Shown here in pieces: positions 51,628 to 61,935 of a DNA stretch of 64,000 nt. The notes under the pieces are model-generated. The model searched no databases, was not told the origin of the DNA, and saw nothing but the letters and a program-made list of their open reading frames with translations. Location: assembly GCA_963665325.3 (NCBI GenBank), contig OZ224045.1, positions 2,144,001-2,208,000 of the forward strand, written 5' to 3'. The number at the start of each line of letters is the position of its first letter. The stretch's first letter is position 1. A program made the translations under genes and the position numbers. This stretch comes from Alphaproteobacteria bacterium (GTDB taxonomy: Bacteria; Pseudomonadota; Alphaproteobacteria; Bin95).

Positions 51628-52515
51628 TCATGACACATCGCGGCGTCTCCTCCGAAGGCGCAGGACCATCTGCATCCACACGATGCCGCTCAGCACCATG
51701 AGGGCCCCGCACCATTGCCAAGGGCCGAGCCGCTCGTCATAGAGCGCCCAGGCGGCGAAGATGCTGGTGAGCGGCTGGAGGTTGTTCAGCATCGCGGTAT
51801 TCTCCGCCCCGGCAAGGCGCACGGCGGCGTAGTAGAGCGGGATCGAGGAGACCTGGCAGAGGATCACGACAAGGCAGCCGGCCCAGCCCGACCCGGTCAC
51901 AGGCAGTCGGGCTTCTCCGGAGAAGAGGGCGATCGGCACAAGGATCGCCGCCGCCACCGCCGAGAACCAGAACATCACCGGCATCGGGTCCGCATGCGCC
52001 AGGCCGCGTGCCAGCCACAGCACGCTGACCGAACAGGCCACACCGGCCGAGACGCCGAGGAACACGCCGGAGGGGTCGAGGCCGTCGAAGCCGACGCCGA
52101 GCGCGAGCCCGACGCCTGCAAAGGCGAGCGCCAGCGCGCCCATGACCGCCGCGCTCGGCCAGCGCCGGTCGAGTGCAGCGGAGAACACGCCGACCAGCGG
52201 CGGGTAGACAAAGAAGCAGAGCGCGGCGAGTCCGACCGGGATCGTCTCCACCGCCGCGATATTGCCGTAGAACATGTGCGCTGCCAGCACGCCGAGCCCG
52301 AGGCAGGAGAGCATGTCGCGCCGCGGCAGGCGCAGGTTGCGCCGGGTCGCCACGCAGATGATCCAGAGCATCAGCGCCAGCAGGACGGCGCGCACGGGCG
52401 AGATCGCGATCGGCGTCGCGCCTCCCTCATAGGCCGCGCGCGAGGCCGCGATCGCCAGCCCGAGGCCGAGCGAGGATGCGACGGCGAACAGATATCCCCG
52501 CCGGACGGGCGTCAC
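51628..52515 (-). CDS. DMT/EamA transporter
   Basis: About 10 hydrophobic segments, FVYPPLV, NLQPL..YDERL; GTG start. Confidence 0.85.
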   Translation of the reverse strand: MTPVRRGYLFAVASSLGLGLAIAASRAAYEGGATPIAISPVRAVLLALMLWIICVATRRNLRLPRRDMLSCLGLGVLAAHMFYGNIAAVETIPVGLAALCFFVYPPLVGVFSAALDRRWPSAAVMGALALAFAGVGLALGVGFDGLDPSGVFLGVSAGVACSVSVLWLARGLAHADPMPVMFWFSAVAAAILVPIALFSGEARLPVTGSGWAGCLVVILCQVSSIPLYYAAVRLAGAENTAMLNNLQPLTSIFAAWALYDERLGPWQWCGALMVLSGIVWMQMVLRLRRRRRDVS

Positions 52516-52612
52516 CCGCTTGCCGCCGCTCCGGGGAAGGGCCGGGCGCAATGCCTGTCCAGAACCATGCCGAGCCCCTATATGATGAATCGCCCGCCGG
52601 AGAGGTTTAGCA

Positions 52613-54391
52613 ATGCCCGATACCGAGCGCGAGAGCGCCACGCTGCCGGTCTGGGACCTGACCGACCTGTACACCGCGCCCGACGGCCCCGATGTCGCCC
52701 GCGACCTGGAGACAGCCGATGGCGAAGCCCGCGCGATCGCGGAGCGCTGGAAAGGCAGGCTTGCCGGACTCGACGGCGACGGGCTGGCGGAGGCGGTGGA
52801 GGCTTACGAAGGGCTCCACGAACGGCTCTCGCGGCTGGTGAGCTATGCGAGCCTGCTGCGCGCCGGCGACATGACATCGCCGGAGACCGGCCGCTTCCAT
52901 CAGTCCATCCAGGAGCGCTTTGCCGAGATTGCGACGCACACTGTGTTCTTCCAGCTTGAACTCAATGCCATCGACGAAGCCGTCCTTGCGGTCCAGCTGG
53001 AAGGGAGCGAACGCCTCCGCCGCTACCGCCCCTGGCTGGAGCAGAGCCGGTCCTTCCGCCCCCACCAACTGGCGGAGGACATGGAGCGCCTGATTCTGGA
53101 CCGCGACGTGGCAGGCTCCTCGGCCTGGACGCGGCTCTTTGACGAGACGCTCGCCGCGCTACGCTTTCCGTTCCGCGACCGTCGGTTCAGCATGGAGGAA
53201 GCGCTCGACAGGCTCTCCGACGCCGATTCCGGAGTGCGGAAGGCGGCGGCCTCAACGCTCTCCACCGTGCTCGGGGAAAATACCCGGCTGTTCGCGCATA
53301 TCCTGAACACGCTCCTCAAGGACAAGGAGATCGACGACCGCTGGCGCGGCTTCTCCCGCCCCGTCTCCGCGCGCAACCTTCAGAACCGGGTCGAGGACGA
53401 GGTGGTCGATGCGCTGGTCGCATCGGTAAAGCGGGCCTATCCCGGCCTTTCCCATCGCTACTACCGGCTAAAGGCCGAATGGTTGGGGGGCGGCAAGCTC
53501 GCCTGGTGGGACCGCAATGCGCCTCTGCCGGAGGCGGATAGTCGAGAGTTCTCCTGGCCCGAGGCGAAACGCGTCGTGCTGGACGCCTATGGCGGGTTCT
53601 CGCCCGAAATGGCGCAGGTCGCGCGGCGCTTCTTCGACAATGCCTGGATCGACGCGCCGCCCCGGCCAGGCAAGGCGCCGGGGGCGTTCTCGCATTCGAC
53701 CGTGCCGGGCGCGCATCCCTATGTGCTGCTCAACTACCAGGGCAAAGCCAGGGATGTGGCGACGCTCGCGCATGAGCTTGGCCACGGGGTGCATCAATCT
53801 CTGGCTGCCGGGCAGGGCCATTTTCTCGCCGGCACGCCGCTCACACTCGCTGAGACGGCGTCGGTCTTTGGAGAGATGCTGACCTTCCAGTCGATGCTGA
53901 AGACGGCCCCGCCAGAGGGCCGGCGCGCGCTGCTCGCCGGCAAGGTCGAGGACATGCTGAACACCGTCGTGCGCCAGATCGCCTTCTACGAGTTCGAGCG
54001 AAGGCTCCATGAGACGCGGGCGGGCGGCGAGCTGACGGCGGACGATATCGGCGACATCTGGATGGAGACGCAGCGCGAAAGCCTCGGCGACGCCTTTGCC
54101 TATGACGATTCCTACCGGGTCTTGTGGACCTATATCGGCCACTTCATCCACGCGCCCTTCTATGTCTATGCCTACGCCTTCGGCGACTGCCTGGTGAACG
54201 CCCTCTACGCGGCCTATGAGGACGGGAGCGAAGGGTTCGAGGCCAAATATCTCGACATGCTCGCGGCCGGCGGGTCGAAACGCCACGGCGAGTTGCTGGC
54301 CCCGTTCGGCCTCGACGCCCGCGACCCTGCATTCTGGGACCGGGGGCTCGCGCGCATCGCCGCCTTCGTGGACGAGCTGGAAGCCGCATGA
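52613..54391 (+). CDS. M3B oligoendopeptidase (PepF-like)
   Basis: WDLTDLY, TLAHELGHGVH, LAETASVFGE, FYVYAYAFG. Confidence 0.95.
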   Translation: MPDTERESATLPVWDLTDLYTAPDGPDVARDLETADGEARAIAERWKGRLAGLDGDGLAEAVEAYEGLHERLSRLVSYASLLRAGDMTSPETGRFHQSIQERFAEIATHTVFFQLELNAIDEAVLAVQLEGSERLRRYRPWLEQSRSFRPHQLAEDMERLILDRDVAGSSAWTRLFDETLAALRFPFRDRRFSMEEALDRLSDADSGVRKAAASTLSTVLGENTRLFAHILNTLLKDKEIDDRWRGFSRPVSARNLQNRVEDEVVDALVASVKRAYPGLSHRYYRLKAEWLGGGKLAWWDRNAPLPEADSREFSWPEAKRVVLDAYGGFSPEMAQVARRFFDNAWIDAPPRPGKAPGAFSHSTVPGAHPYVLLNYQGKARDVATLAHELGHGVHQSLAAGQGHFLAGTPLTLAETASVFGEMLTFQSMLKTAPPEGRRALLAGKVEDMLNTVVRQIAFYEFERRLHETRAGGELTADDIGDIWMETQRESLGDAFAYDDSYRVLWTYIGHFIHAPFYVYAYAFGDCLVNALYAAYEDGSEGFEAKYLDMLAAGGSKRHGELLAPFGLDARDPAFWDRGLARIAAFVDELEAA

Positions 54392-55722
54392 GCGACGACA
54401 CGGCCAGTCTCGGCGGCCAGATGCGCCGCTATGCGCGGGTCGGTGGCGCGGTCGGCGGGCTCGCGGCGAACTATGCGGGCCGGCGGCTCCTCGGGCGAAA
54501 GATCGAGCACGATGCCCATGCGCGCGAACTGGCGGCCGCGGTCGGCGGCCTTAAGGGCCCGCTGATGAAGGTCGCGCAGATACTCGCCACCGTCCCGGAC
54601 GCGCTGCCCTCCGCCTATGCCGAGGAGTTGCGCCAATTGCAGGCCGACGCGCCTTCGATGGGCTGGCCGTTCGTTCGACGGCGCATGGCGGGCGAATTGG
54701 GACAGAGGTGGCAGGAGCGCTTCCGGGACTTCGAGCGCAGCGCCGCCCATGCGGCATCGCTCGGCCAGGTCCATCGCGCGACCGCCCCGGACGGAACGCG
54801 GCTCGCCTGCAAGCTGCAATATCCCGACATGGCCGCAGCCGTCGAGGCGGACCTCAAGCAATTGCGCCTGGTGCTGGCCATTTACGAGCGCCGCGACAAG
54901 GCTGTGCGTACCGAAAGCATCTTCCAGGAGCTGTCGGAGAGGCTGCGGGAGGAACTCGACTATCGCCGCGAGGCGAACCACATGCGCCTCTACGGTGCCA
55001 TGCTGGCCGGCGAATCCGGCGTGACGGTGCCGGAGCCGGTGGACGCGCTTTCGACCGGCCGCCTGCTCACCATGACCTGGGTCGACGGGCGCCCGCTGCT
55101 GGAGGCCGTGGACCTGCCGGTGGATGCGCGCAACCGGCTGGCGGAGCGCATGTTCCGCGCCTGGTATGTGCCCTTTTACGACTGCGGTGTCATCCACGGC
55201 GACCCGCATCTCGGCAACTATTCGATGCGGGAGGATTTCGGCATCAACCTGCTGGACTTCGGCTGCATCCGGGTATTCCCGCCGTCCTTCGTGAAGGGCG
55301 TCATCGACCTCTACCGCGCGATCCGGGACGGCGACGAGGCGCTGGCGGTCTCCGCCTATGAATCCTGGGGTTTCGAGAACCCGTCGCGCGAACTCATCGA
55401 GGTGCTGAACATCTGGGCCGAGTTCCTCTACGCCCCGTTGCTGGAAGACCGCGTCCAGCGCATTCAGGAAAACGAAAGCGGTCTCTACGGCGCCACCGTG
55501 GCGGCCAAGGTCCACCGCGAACTTAGGCGGGTAGGCGGCGTTAGCCCGCCGCGAGAATTCGTGCTGATGGACCGCGCCGCCATCGGCCTCGGCTCCGTCT
55601 TCATGCGGCTGCGTGCCGAAATCAACTGGCATCGCCTCTTCCATGGCCTGATCGATGGTTTCGAGGTGGATGCTCTGGCGGCGCGGCAACGGTCCGCCCT
55701 GGAGACGGCAGGGCTCGAATAG
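54388..55722 (+). CDS. ABC1/UbiB-family kinase-like protein
   Basis: KVAQIL, AASLGQVH, KLQYP, HGDPHLGNY, LLDFG. Confidence 0.93.
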   Translation: MSDDTASLGGQMRRYARVGGAVGGLAANYAGRRLLGRKIEHDAHARELAAAVGGLKGPLMKVAQILATVPDALPSAYAEELRQLQADAPSMGWPFVRRRMAGELGQRWQERFRDFERSAAHAASLGQVHRATAPDGTRLACKLQYPDMAAAVEADLKQLRLVLAIYERRDKAVRTESIFQELSERLREELDYRREANHMRLYGAMLAGESGVTVPEPVDALSTGRLLTMTWVDGRPLLEAVDLPVDARNRLAERMFRAWYVPFYDCGVIHGDPHLGNYSMREDFGINLLDFGCIRVFPPSFVKGVIDLYRAIRDGDEALAVSAYESWGFENPSRELIEVLNIWAEFLYAPLLEDRVQRIQENESGLYGATVAAKVHRELRRVGGVSPPREFVLMDRAAIGLGSVFMRLRAEINWHRLFHGLIDGFEVDALAARQRSALETAGLE

Positions 55723-55958
55723 ATTCCGGCTGGCACGATTATCTCCGACGGCGCACGGTAGGTGCGACATTTTTGCTTGCGGGCTGACCCGTATCGGTTG
55801 CAGGCTCGCATTGGTGCCGTCAATGCAACGGTGATCGCGTTTGCCCGCTTTGCGTTCGGGCGATGCATGGCCGGGGCGCGAGAACGGCCTTTGCGAAAGT
55901 CGGATTCCGGCAGGGTATCGAAGACGGCTTCCCGCAACGGCGAAAGGGAGACGACGTC

Positions 55959-57593
55959 ATGGCAGGGAACCGACCTGAGGCGCTGGTGGCGGAAAGGGGG
56001 CTGATGAAGGGCCTTCACTCCGGCATGGGATTCGCGGCGAAAGGCATGGTGGCCGCTTTTGTCGTGTTCACCGTGCTGAATGTCGAGTTCGCCAACGGCA
56101 TCTACTCGGCGGTCCGGGACTGGATCCAGGTGTCTCTGGCCTGGTACTACATTCTCATCGTCGTCTTCCTGGTGTTTGTCTGCCTCTACCTGCTGTGTTC
56201 GCGGCACGGATCGGTCCGCCTCGGGGACGACGATTCGCGGCCGGAGTTCAGTAATTTCTCCTGGTTCGCAATGCTGTTCTCCGCCGGCGTCGGCATCGGC
56301 ATCCTGTTCTTCGGCGTGGCGGAGCCGATCTTCTATTTCGACAACTCCGGCGCCTTCGGCTATCCGAACAACCCCCATGCGGATGCGGTCGGCGTGACCG
56401 ACATGGACATGAATCGCGCTGTCCATGCCATGCGCGTGACTTATTTCCACTGGGGATTCCACGGCTGGGCAATCTACGTGATCATTGGGCTCTGCCTGGC
56501 CTATTTCGGTTTCCGGAAGAAGCTGCCGCTTACCATGCGCTCGGCGCTCTACCCGATTATCGGCGACCGCATCTACGGCCCCATCGGGCACGGCGTGGAC
56601 CTGCTTGCGGTGTTCGGCACCGTGTTCGGCGTGGCCACCTCGCTCGGCCTCGGCGTGACCCAGATGGCGACCGGCATGAATGTGCTGTTCGGCGTCGATC
56701 CCGGCATCGCAACGCAGCTCGTGCTGATCGTGGTCATCTCGATCGTCGCGACGATCTCGGCCGTTTCGGGAGTTGGCAACGGGATCCGCATCATCTCGGA
56801 GTGGAATATCTGGCTCTCGGTGGTGCTGCTGGCGTTCTTCCTGTTCTTCGGGCCGTTCAAATGGCTGATGGGGTTCTTCGTGACCTCCATCGGCGACTAC
56901 ATCTGGAACGTGATCCCGATGGGCTTCTGGACCGCCGGCACCGATGCGGAGATCGCCTGGCAGGGCGGCTGGACCATCTTCTACTGGGGCTGGTGGATTT
57001 CCTGGGCGCCCTTCGTCGGCATGTTCATCGCCCGCATCAGCCGTGGGAGGACGATCCGCCAGTTCATGGTTGGCGTGCTGTTCGTGCCGACCACCATCGC
57101 CTTCTTCTGGCTGTGCATGTTCGGCGGCAACGCCATGTACATGGAGCTCATGGCAGAGGGCGGCGTCGGTACGGCCGGCATCGTCGATCTGGTGAAGGCA
57201 TGGAACCTGCCGTCGGCGCTTTACGGCACCATCGACCGGTTGACCGATATCGGGGCGCTGCAATGGCTGATGTCGGCGCTGGCGACCCTGCTGCTGGCAA
57301 CCTGGTTCATCACCTCGTCGGACTCGGGCACGCTGGTCATCACCACCATGCTGTCCATGGGCGACGACAACCCGCCGCAACGCTTCCGCATCGTCTGGGG
57401 CCTGGGCGAGGGCTTCGTCGCGGGCGTGCTGCTGCTGGCCGGCGGCCTCAAGGCGCTTCAGACCGCCTCCATCGCAGCGGCGCTGCCGATCTCGGTCATC
57501 ATGCTGTTCATGACCTACGGCTTGATAAAGTCGCTGTCGGAGGACAGCTCGGCCGTGCCGGCTGAGGGGAAAGCCGAGGCGGCGCCTGCCTGA
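55959..57593 (+). CDS. BCCT (betaine/carnitine/choline) transporter
   Basis: SWFAMLFSAG, FHWGFHGWAIY, WTIFYWGWWISWAPFVGMFIARISRGRT. Confidence 0.95.
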   Translation: MAGNRPEALVAERGLMKGLHSGMGFAAKGMVAAFVVFTVLNVEFANGIYSAVRDWIQVSLAWYYILIVVFLVFVCLYLLCSRHGSVRLGDDDSRPEFSNFSWFAMLFSAGVGIGILFFGVAEPIFYFDNSGAFGYPNNPHADAVGVTDMDMNRAVHAMRVTYFHWGFHGWAIYVIIGLCLAYFGFRKKLPLTMRSALYPIIGDRIYGPIGHGVDLLAVFGTVFGVATSLGLGVTQMATGMNVLFGVDPGIATQLVLIVVISIVATISAVSGVGNGIRIISEWNIWLSVVLLAFFLFFGPFKWLMGFFVTSIGDYIWNVIPMGFWTAGTDAEIAWQGGWTIFYWGWWISWAPFVGMFIARISRGRTIRQFMVGVLFVPTTIAFFWLCMFGGNAMYMELMAEGGVGTAGIVDLVKAWNLPSALYGTIDRLTDIGALQWLMSALATLLLATWFITSSDSGTLVITTMLSMGDDNPPQRFRIVWGLGEGFVAGVLLLAGGLKALQTASIAAALPISVIMLFMTYGLIKSLSEDSSAVPAEGKAEAAPA

Positions 57594-57679
57594 ACGGTCC
57601 CGGGCCGCCGAGTTCGCGTTTCAGCTCAACTCGGCGTTCGGGAATCCGGCGGTGCTGGGCCGGTCCGGGCCGGCTTCGC

Positions 57680-58465
57680 TCACCCGGTTGCGCCTGCGAG
57701 CAGGCAGGCGTCGGCGAGCGGCACGACCGGGCTCAAGTCGCGGTGATGCTGGTGCTCGGGCCGCTTGTGGCAGGTCAGCGCGTTAGAGACCGGGTTGAGG
57801 ATCAGCGAGAAGATCGTCCGCGGCCAGGGCGTCATGTTGATGGATGAGCCATGCACCAGCGTGTCGCCGAAGATCAGCACCGTGCCTGGCGGTCCCTTGG
57901 CGGCGACCAGACCGCCCTCGGCCACGAGGTCGGCCACGGTTTCGTTGTCGACCACCCAGAGCGGATAGCTCGTCGTCTCGGTATCCAGCGTCGCCGGCGC
58001 GGCCCCGCGCTTGTGCGAGCCGCGGATGAAGACGATCGGTCCGTTGAACTCCGTCACCTCGTCGAGCAGCACATGGAGGTTGAGCGCCAGGGGTTCCGGC
58101 ACGCCGTCCTCCCCGTGATGGGTGGCAAAATCGTAGTGCCATTGCCAGACGTCGCCCGAGAACGCCTCCTTGGCATTCACCTTGACCTGCTGAATGTAGA
58201 GGTCGTCGCCGAGGATCTGCCGGGCAGGCTCCACGAGACGCGGATGGCGGACGAGGCGGGCATAGACGTCGCTGCGCCGGTGCAGGGCCATGGCTGTGCG
58301 CACTGCATCGCTCCGCTTCTCCCGGAAGTTCTCCGGCCGGTGCTCGGCGAACAGGCGCGGCAGCTCCGCCTTCAGGACCTCGACCTCGTCGCACGAGAAC
58401 AGCGACGGCAGAATGAGGAACCCGTCGTCCCGGAACTGCGCGATCTGCGTATCCGTCAACTTCAT
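57680..58465 (-). CDS. PhyH-family dioxygenase (EctD/proline hydroxylase-related)
   Basis: KVNAK, WQWHYDF, LVHGS, R after the distal His. Confidence 0.88.
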   Translation of the reverse strand: MKLTDTQIAQFRDDGFLILPSLFSCDEVEVLKAELPRLFAEHRPENFREKRSDAVRTAMALHRRSDVYARLVRHPRLVEPARQILGDDLYIQQVKVNAKEAFSGDVWQWHYDFATHHGEDGVPEPLALNLHVLLDEVTEFNGPIVFIRGSHKRGAAPATLDTETTSYPLWVVDNETVADLVAEGGLVAAKGPPGTVLIFGDTLVHGSSINMTPWPRTIFSLILNPVSNALTCHKRPEHQHHRDLSPVVPLADACLLAGATG

Positions 58466-58583
58466 GGGATTTTCCGCGGCCGACAGGCGCCAGCGTGCGC
58501 CAGGACCGGAAGGTTAGCCCGGACTCCTCACCGAGGCCACGGCCTACGTCTCTGTCGTGCAGGCAGGGAAGAACGGCCGCGGC

Positions 58584-59801
58584 TCAGGCGCCGAGTTCGC
58601 GTTTCAGGTTGCGGTCCACGGCGTCGAGAAAGCCGGTCGTGCTGAGCCAGCCCTGGTCCGGCCCGGCCAGCAATGCCAGGTCCTTGGTCATCTCGCCGCC
58701 TTCCACGGTCCCGATGCAGATCCGCTCCAAGGTGCGCGCGAACTCGGAGACCTCCGGCGTCCCGTCGAACTGGCCGCGATAGTCGAGTCCCCGCGTCCAC
58801 GCGAAGATCGAGGCGATGGAGTTGGTCGAGGTCTCGTTGCCCTGCTGGTGCTGGCGGTAGTGTCGGGTGACGGTGCCGTGCGCTGCCTCGGCTTCGATGG
58901 TCTTGCCGTCCGGCGTCATCAGCACCGAGGTCATGAGGCCGAGCGAGCCGAAGCCCTGGGCCACCGTATCCGACTGCACATCGCCGTCGTAATTCTTGCA
59001 GGCCCAGACATAGCCGCCTTCGAGCTTCATCGCCTGCGCCACCATGTCGTCGATCAACCGGTGCTCGTACCACAGCCCGGCTGTCTCGAAGCGGTCCTTG
59101 AACTCCGCCTCGAAGACCTCCGCGAAAAGGTCCCGGAAGCGTCCGTCATAGGCCTTCAGGATCGTGTTCTTGGTGGACATGAAGCAGGGATAATTGCGCA
59201 TCAGCGCATAGTTGAAGCAGGAGCGCGCGAAACCCCGGATCGACTCGTCGAGATTGTACATCGACATGGCGATGCCGCCGCCGGGGAAGTCGAACACCTC
59301 GCGCTCGATCGCCTCGCCGCCGTCCTCCGGCTCGAAGCGGATGGTGAGTTTGCCTTTGCCCGGCACGACGAAATCGGTGGCCCGATACTGGTCTCCGTAG
59401 GCATGGCGGCCGATGATGATCGGCTTGGTCCAGCCCGGCACCAGGCGCGGCACGTTCGAGCAGATGATCGGCTCGCGGAAGACCGTGCCGTTGATGATGT
59501 TCCGGATCGTGCCGTTGGGCGAGCGCCACATGGCTTTCAGGCCGAATTCCTCGACCCGGTCCTCGTCCGGCGTGATCGTCGCGCATTTGACGCCGACACC
59601 ATATTTCTTGATCGCGTTGGCCGAGTCGACGGTGATCTGGTCGTCGGTCTCGTCGCGCTTCTGGATCGACAGGTCGTAATATTTCAGGTCGATATCGAGA
59701 TAGGGCAGAATCAGCTTTTCCTTGATGAACTCCCAGATGATTCGCGTCATCTCATCGCCGTCGAGCTCGACGACGGGGGTTACGACCTTGATCTTGCTCA
59801 T
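58584..59801 (-). CDS. icd: NADP-dependent isocitrate dehydrogenase
   Basis: [46 protein letters not shown]. Confidence 0.97.
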   Translation of the reverse strand: MSKIKVVTPVVELDGDEMTRIIWEFIKEKLILPYLDIDLKYYDLSIQKRDETDDQITVDSANAIKKYGVGVKCATITPDEDRVEEFGLKAMWRSPNGTIRNIINGTVFREPIICSNVPRLVPGWTKPIIIGRHAYGDQYRATDFVVPGKGKLTIRFEPEDGGEAIEREVFDFPGGGIAMSMYNLDESIRGFARSCFNYALMRNYPCFMSTKNTILKAYDGRFRDLFAEVFEAEFKDRFETAGLWYEHRLIDDMVAQAMKLEGGYVWACKNYDGDVQSDTVAQGFGSLGLMTSVLMTPDGKTIEAEAAHGTVTRHYRQHQQGNETSTNSIASIFAWTRGLDYRGQFDGTPEVSEFARTLERICIGTVEGGEMTKDLALLAGPDQGWLSTTGFLDAVDRNLKRELGA

Positions 59802-59930
59802 AGGCGTGCCGCTCCCGGCGTGCTTGTCGGCCGCCGCCGAGGGCTTGGCCGTACCGTGTAAAGAGGAAGGGCCGCAACATAGGCCGGCACCTGCGGGCGC
59901 GCAAGCAGTGCGCCAGCGGGTTGCTTTGCG

Positions 59931-61151
59931 TTATGGCGATCCGGCGGCGCGGAAGCGGATGGGCATGGAGACCGTGCCGCGCAGGCTGACGCCGTCGCGC
60001 CAGTCGAGCCGGTCTGCCGCGATCTCGATAGCCTCCATCGCTGCCAGCAGGCGCGGGAAGGCCAGCGCCGCCTCCAGCCGCGCGAGCGGCGCGCCGACGC
60101 AGAAATGGATGCCGAAGCCGAAGGCGATCTGCCGACCCTGCCGGCGCGCAATGTCGAACCGCTCCGGGTCCTCGAACGCCTCCGGATCGCGGTTGGCGGC
60201 ATTTAGCATCAGGAAGACGCGCTCTCCGGCCCGGATGCGTTTGCCCCCCAGTTCCAGGTCTTCGATTGCAATCCGCGATACTGCCGGCGCCGGGGAGTCG
60301 AAGCGCAGCATTTCTTCCACCGCCGCTTCGATGCGGTCCGGCTCGCGGCGCAGCAATGCCTGCTGGTCGGGGCTGAGGATGAGACGCATCAGGCCATTCG
60401 CCAACAGGCCGGTGGTCGTCTCGTGTCCGGCGAACAGCAGCAGGATGCAGTTCGCCACCAGGTCGTCGTCGGAGAGGCCGGGGCTGGCGGCGAGCTCCGA
60501 GATAAGGTCGTTGGCCGGTCGGCGGCGGCGCTCCTTCAATAGTTCGCGGAAAGTGCGGTCGAGGCCGGCCGTCGCGGCTTCGGCCCGGACATGCTTATCG
60601 GGTGCGGTCTGCGAGGAGCCGACGAAGAGCGCCAGGTCGTGGCTCCAGCGCTGTATGTCGTCCAGCCGGTCGGTTGGTGCGCCCAGGATTTCCATGATGA
60701 CGCCGGCCGGCAGCGGATAGGCGAACTCCGAAACGAAATCCATGGCTTCGCCGTCAAGCGCCTTGTCCAGCAGGGCATCGATGCGACGGGCTATCCGGGG
60801 CGACATGGCCCCAAGCGCCGCCGTCGTGAAGCGCCCGTTCAGATGGGCGCGGATGTGGGTGTGTTCGGGCGGGTCGAGGAAGACGGCCCAGCGTCCAAGC
60901 GCCCCTTCGCTGCGCTGCAACTGTTTTCGGCGCGCGGTATCGAGCCCCTGGAAATAGGCTGCCATGCGCTCGGCCGAGAATCGCCGGTCGCGCTGGGCGG
61001 CAAGGCAGTCGTCGTAGCGGGTCAGCAACCAGGCCTTCAGCCGGTCGCTCCATGCGACAGGGACTTCGGCGCGCAGCCGGGCAAGTGCCGGGTATGGGTC
61101 GGCAATTGTCGCCGGGTCGGTCGGGTTGTAGATTTCGTCGATGGCCACCAT
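59931..61151 (-). CDS. Cytochrome P450
   Basis: AGHETT, EEMLR, PERF, FGFGIHFCVG. Confidence 0.95.
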   Translation of the reverse strand: MVAIDEIYNPTDPATIADPYPALARLRAEVPVAWSDRLKAWLLTRYDDCLAAQRDRRFSAERMAAYFQGLDTARRKQLQRSEGALGRWAVFLDPPEHTHIRAHLNGRFTTAALGAMSPRIARRIDALLDKALDGEAMDFVSEFAYPLPAGVIMEILGAPTDRLDDIQRWSHDLALFVGSSQTAPDKHVRAEAATAGLDRTFRELLKERRRRPANDLISELAASPGLSDDDLVANCILLLFAGHETTTGLLANGLMRLILSPDQQALLRREPDRIEAAVEEMLRFDSPAPAVSRIAIEDLELGGKRIRAGERVFLMLNAANRDPEAFEDPERFDIARRQGRQIAFGFGIHFCVGAPLARLEAALAFPRLLAAMEAIEIAADRLDWRDGVSLRGTVSMPIRFRAAGSP

Positions 61152-61232
61152 CGGCTCACCAGCCTCTCCGGTGGCCCGGAGCATGGCTCCCGAGCCCGCC
61201 TGGCGCAAGCCGGCGCCCGAAATCCGCTCCCG

Positions 61233-61934
61233 CTATACCCCGAGCCAGCGTTCGAGGTCCGCGCGCCCTCCGGTCAGGTCCTCGCTGCTGCCCGTCCACA
61301 CGATACGGCCCTTCTCGACGATATAATGCCGGTCCGCAAGGCGGGCGAGATCGGCCACATTCCGGTCTATGGCGAGGATCGCCTGCCCCTCGGCCTTCAG
61401 GCCGGCGAGGCACTCCCAGATGCGCCGGCGAACCAGCGGCGCGAGTCCCTCGGTCGCCTCGTCCAACACGAGCAGCTTCGGATTGGTCATAAGTGCACGC
61501 CCGATCGCCAGCATCTGCTGTTCGCCGCCCGAAAGCAGGTTGCCCATATTGCGCCGGCGCGCTTCCAGTTCCGGGAACATGGTGAAAATGCGGGGGGCCG
61601 TCCACGGATTGGCCTGCGTGCCGCGATTGCCGGCTGCCGCTACGAGATTCTCCTCGACCGTCAGATTCGGGAATACCTGCCGCCCCTCGGGCACAAGGCC
61701 GAGGCCGAGCCGCGCGATACGATGGGACGGCATGCCCCGCAATTCGCGCCCCTGGAACAGGATTGCGCCTGCCGCAGGCGGCACGATGCCGAACAGCGAG
61801 CTCACGGTGGTCGTCTTGCCCATGCCGTTGCGGCCCATGAAGCCCACCGCCTCGCCCTCGCCAACCTCCAGCGAAACGCCGAACAGCGCCTGGCTGCGCC
61901 CGTAAAACGTCTCCAGGTCCTCGATCCGAAGCAT
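61233..61934 (-). CDS. LivF-type ABC ATP-binding protein
   Basis: GRNGMGKTT, LSGGEQQ, DEATEGL. Confidence 0.92.
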   Translation of the reverse strand: MLRIEDLETFYGRSQALFGVSLEVGEGEAVGFMGRNGMGKTTTVSSLFGIVPPAAGAILFQGRELRGMPSHRIARLGLGLVPEGRQVFPNLTVEENLVAAAGNRGTQANPWTAPRIFTMFPELEARRRNMGNLLSGGEQQMLAIGRALMTNPKLLVLDEATEGLAPLVRRRIWECLAGLKAEGQAILAIDRNVADLARLADRHYIVEKGRIVWTGSSEDLTGGRADLERWLGV

Positions 61935-61935
61935 G

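Noticed and set aside
51609-51635. CRISPR-like repeats
   Set aside because: Units are 7 bp with 2-3 nt spacers; no array or cas genes in the window
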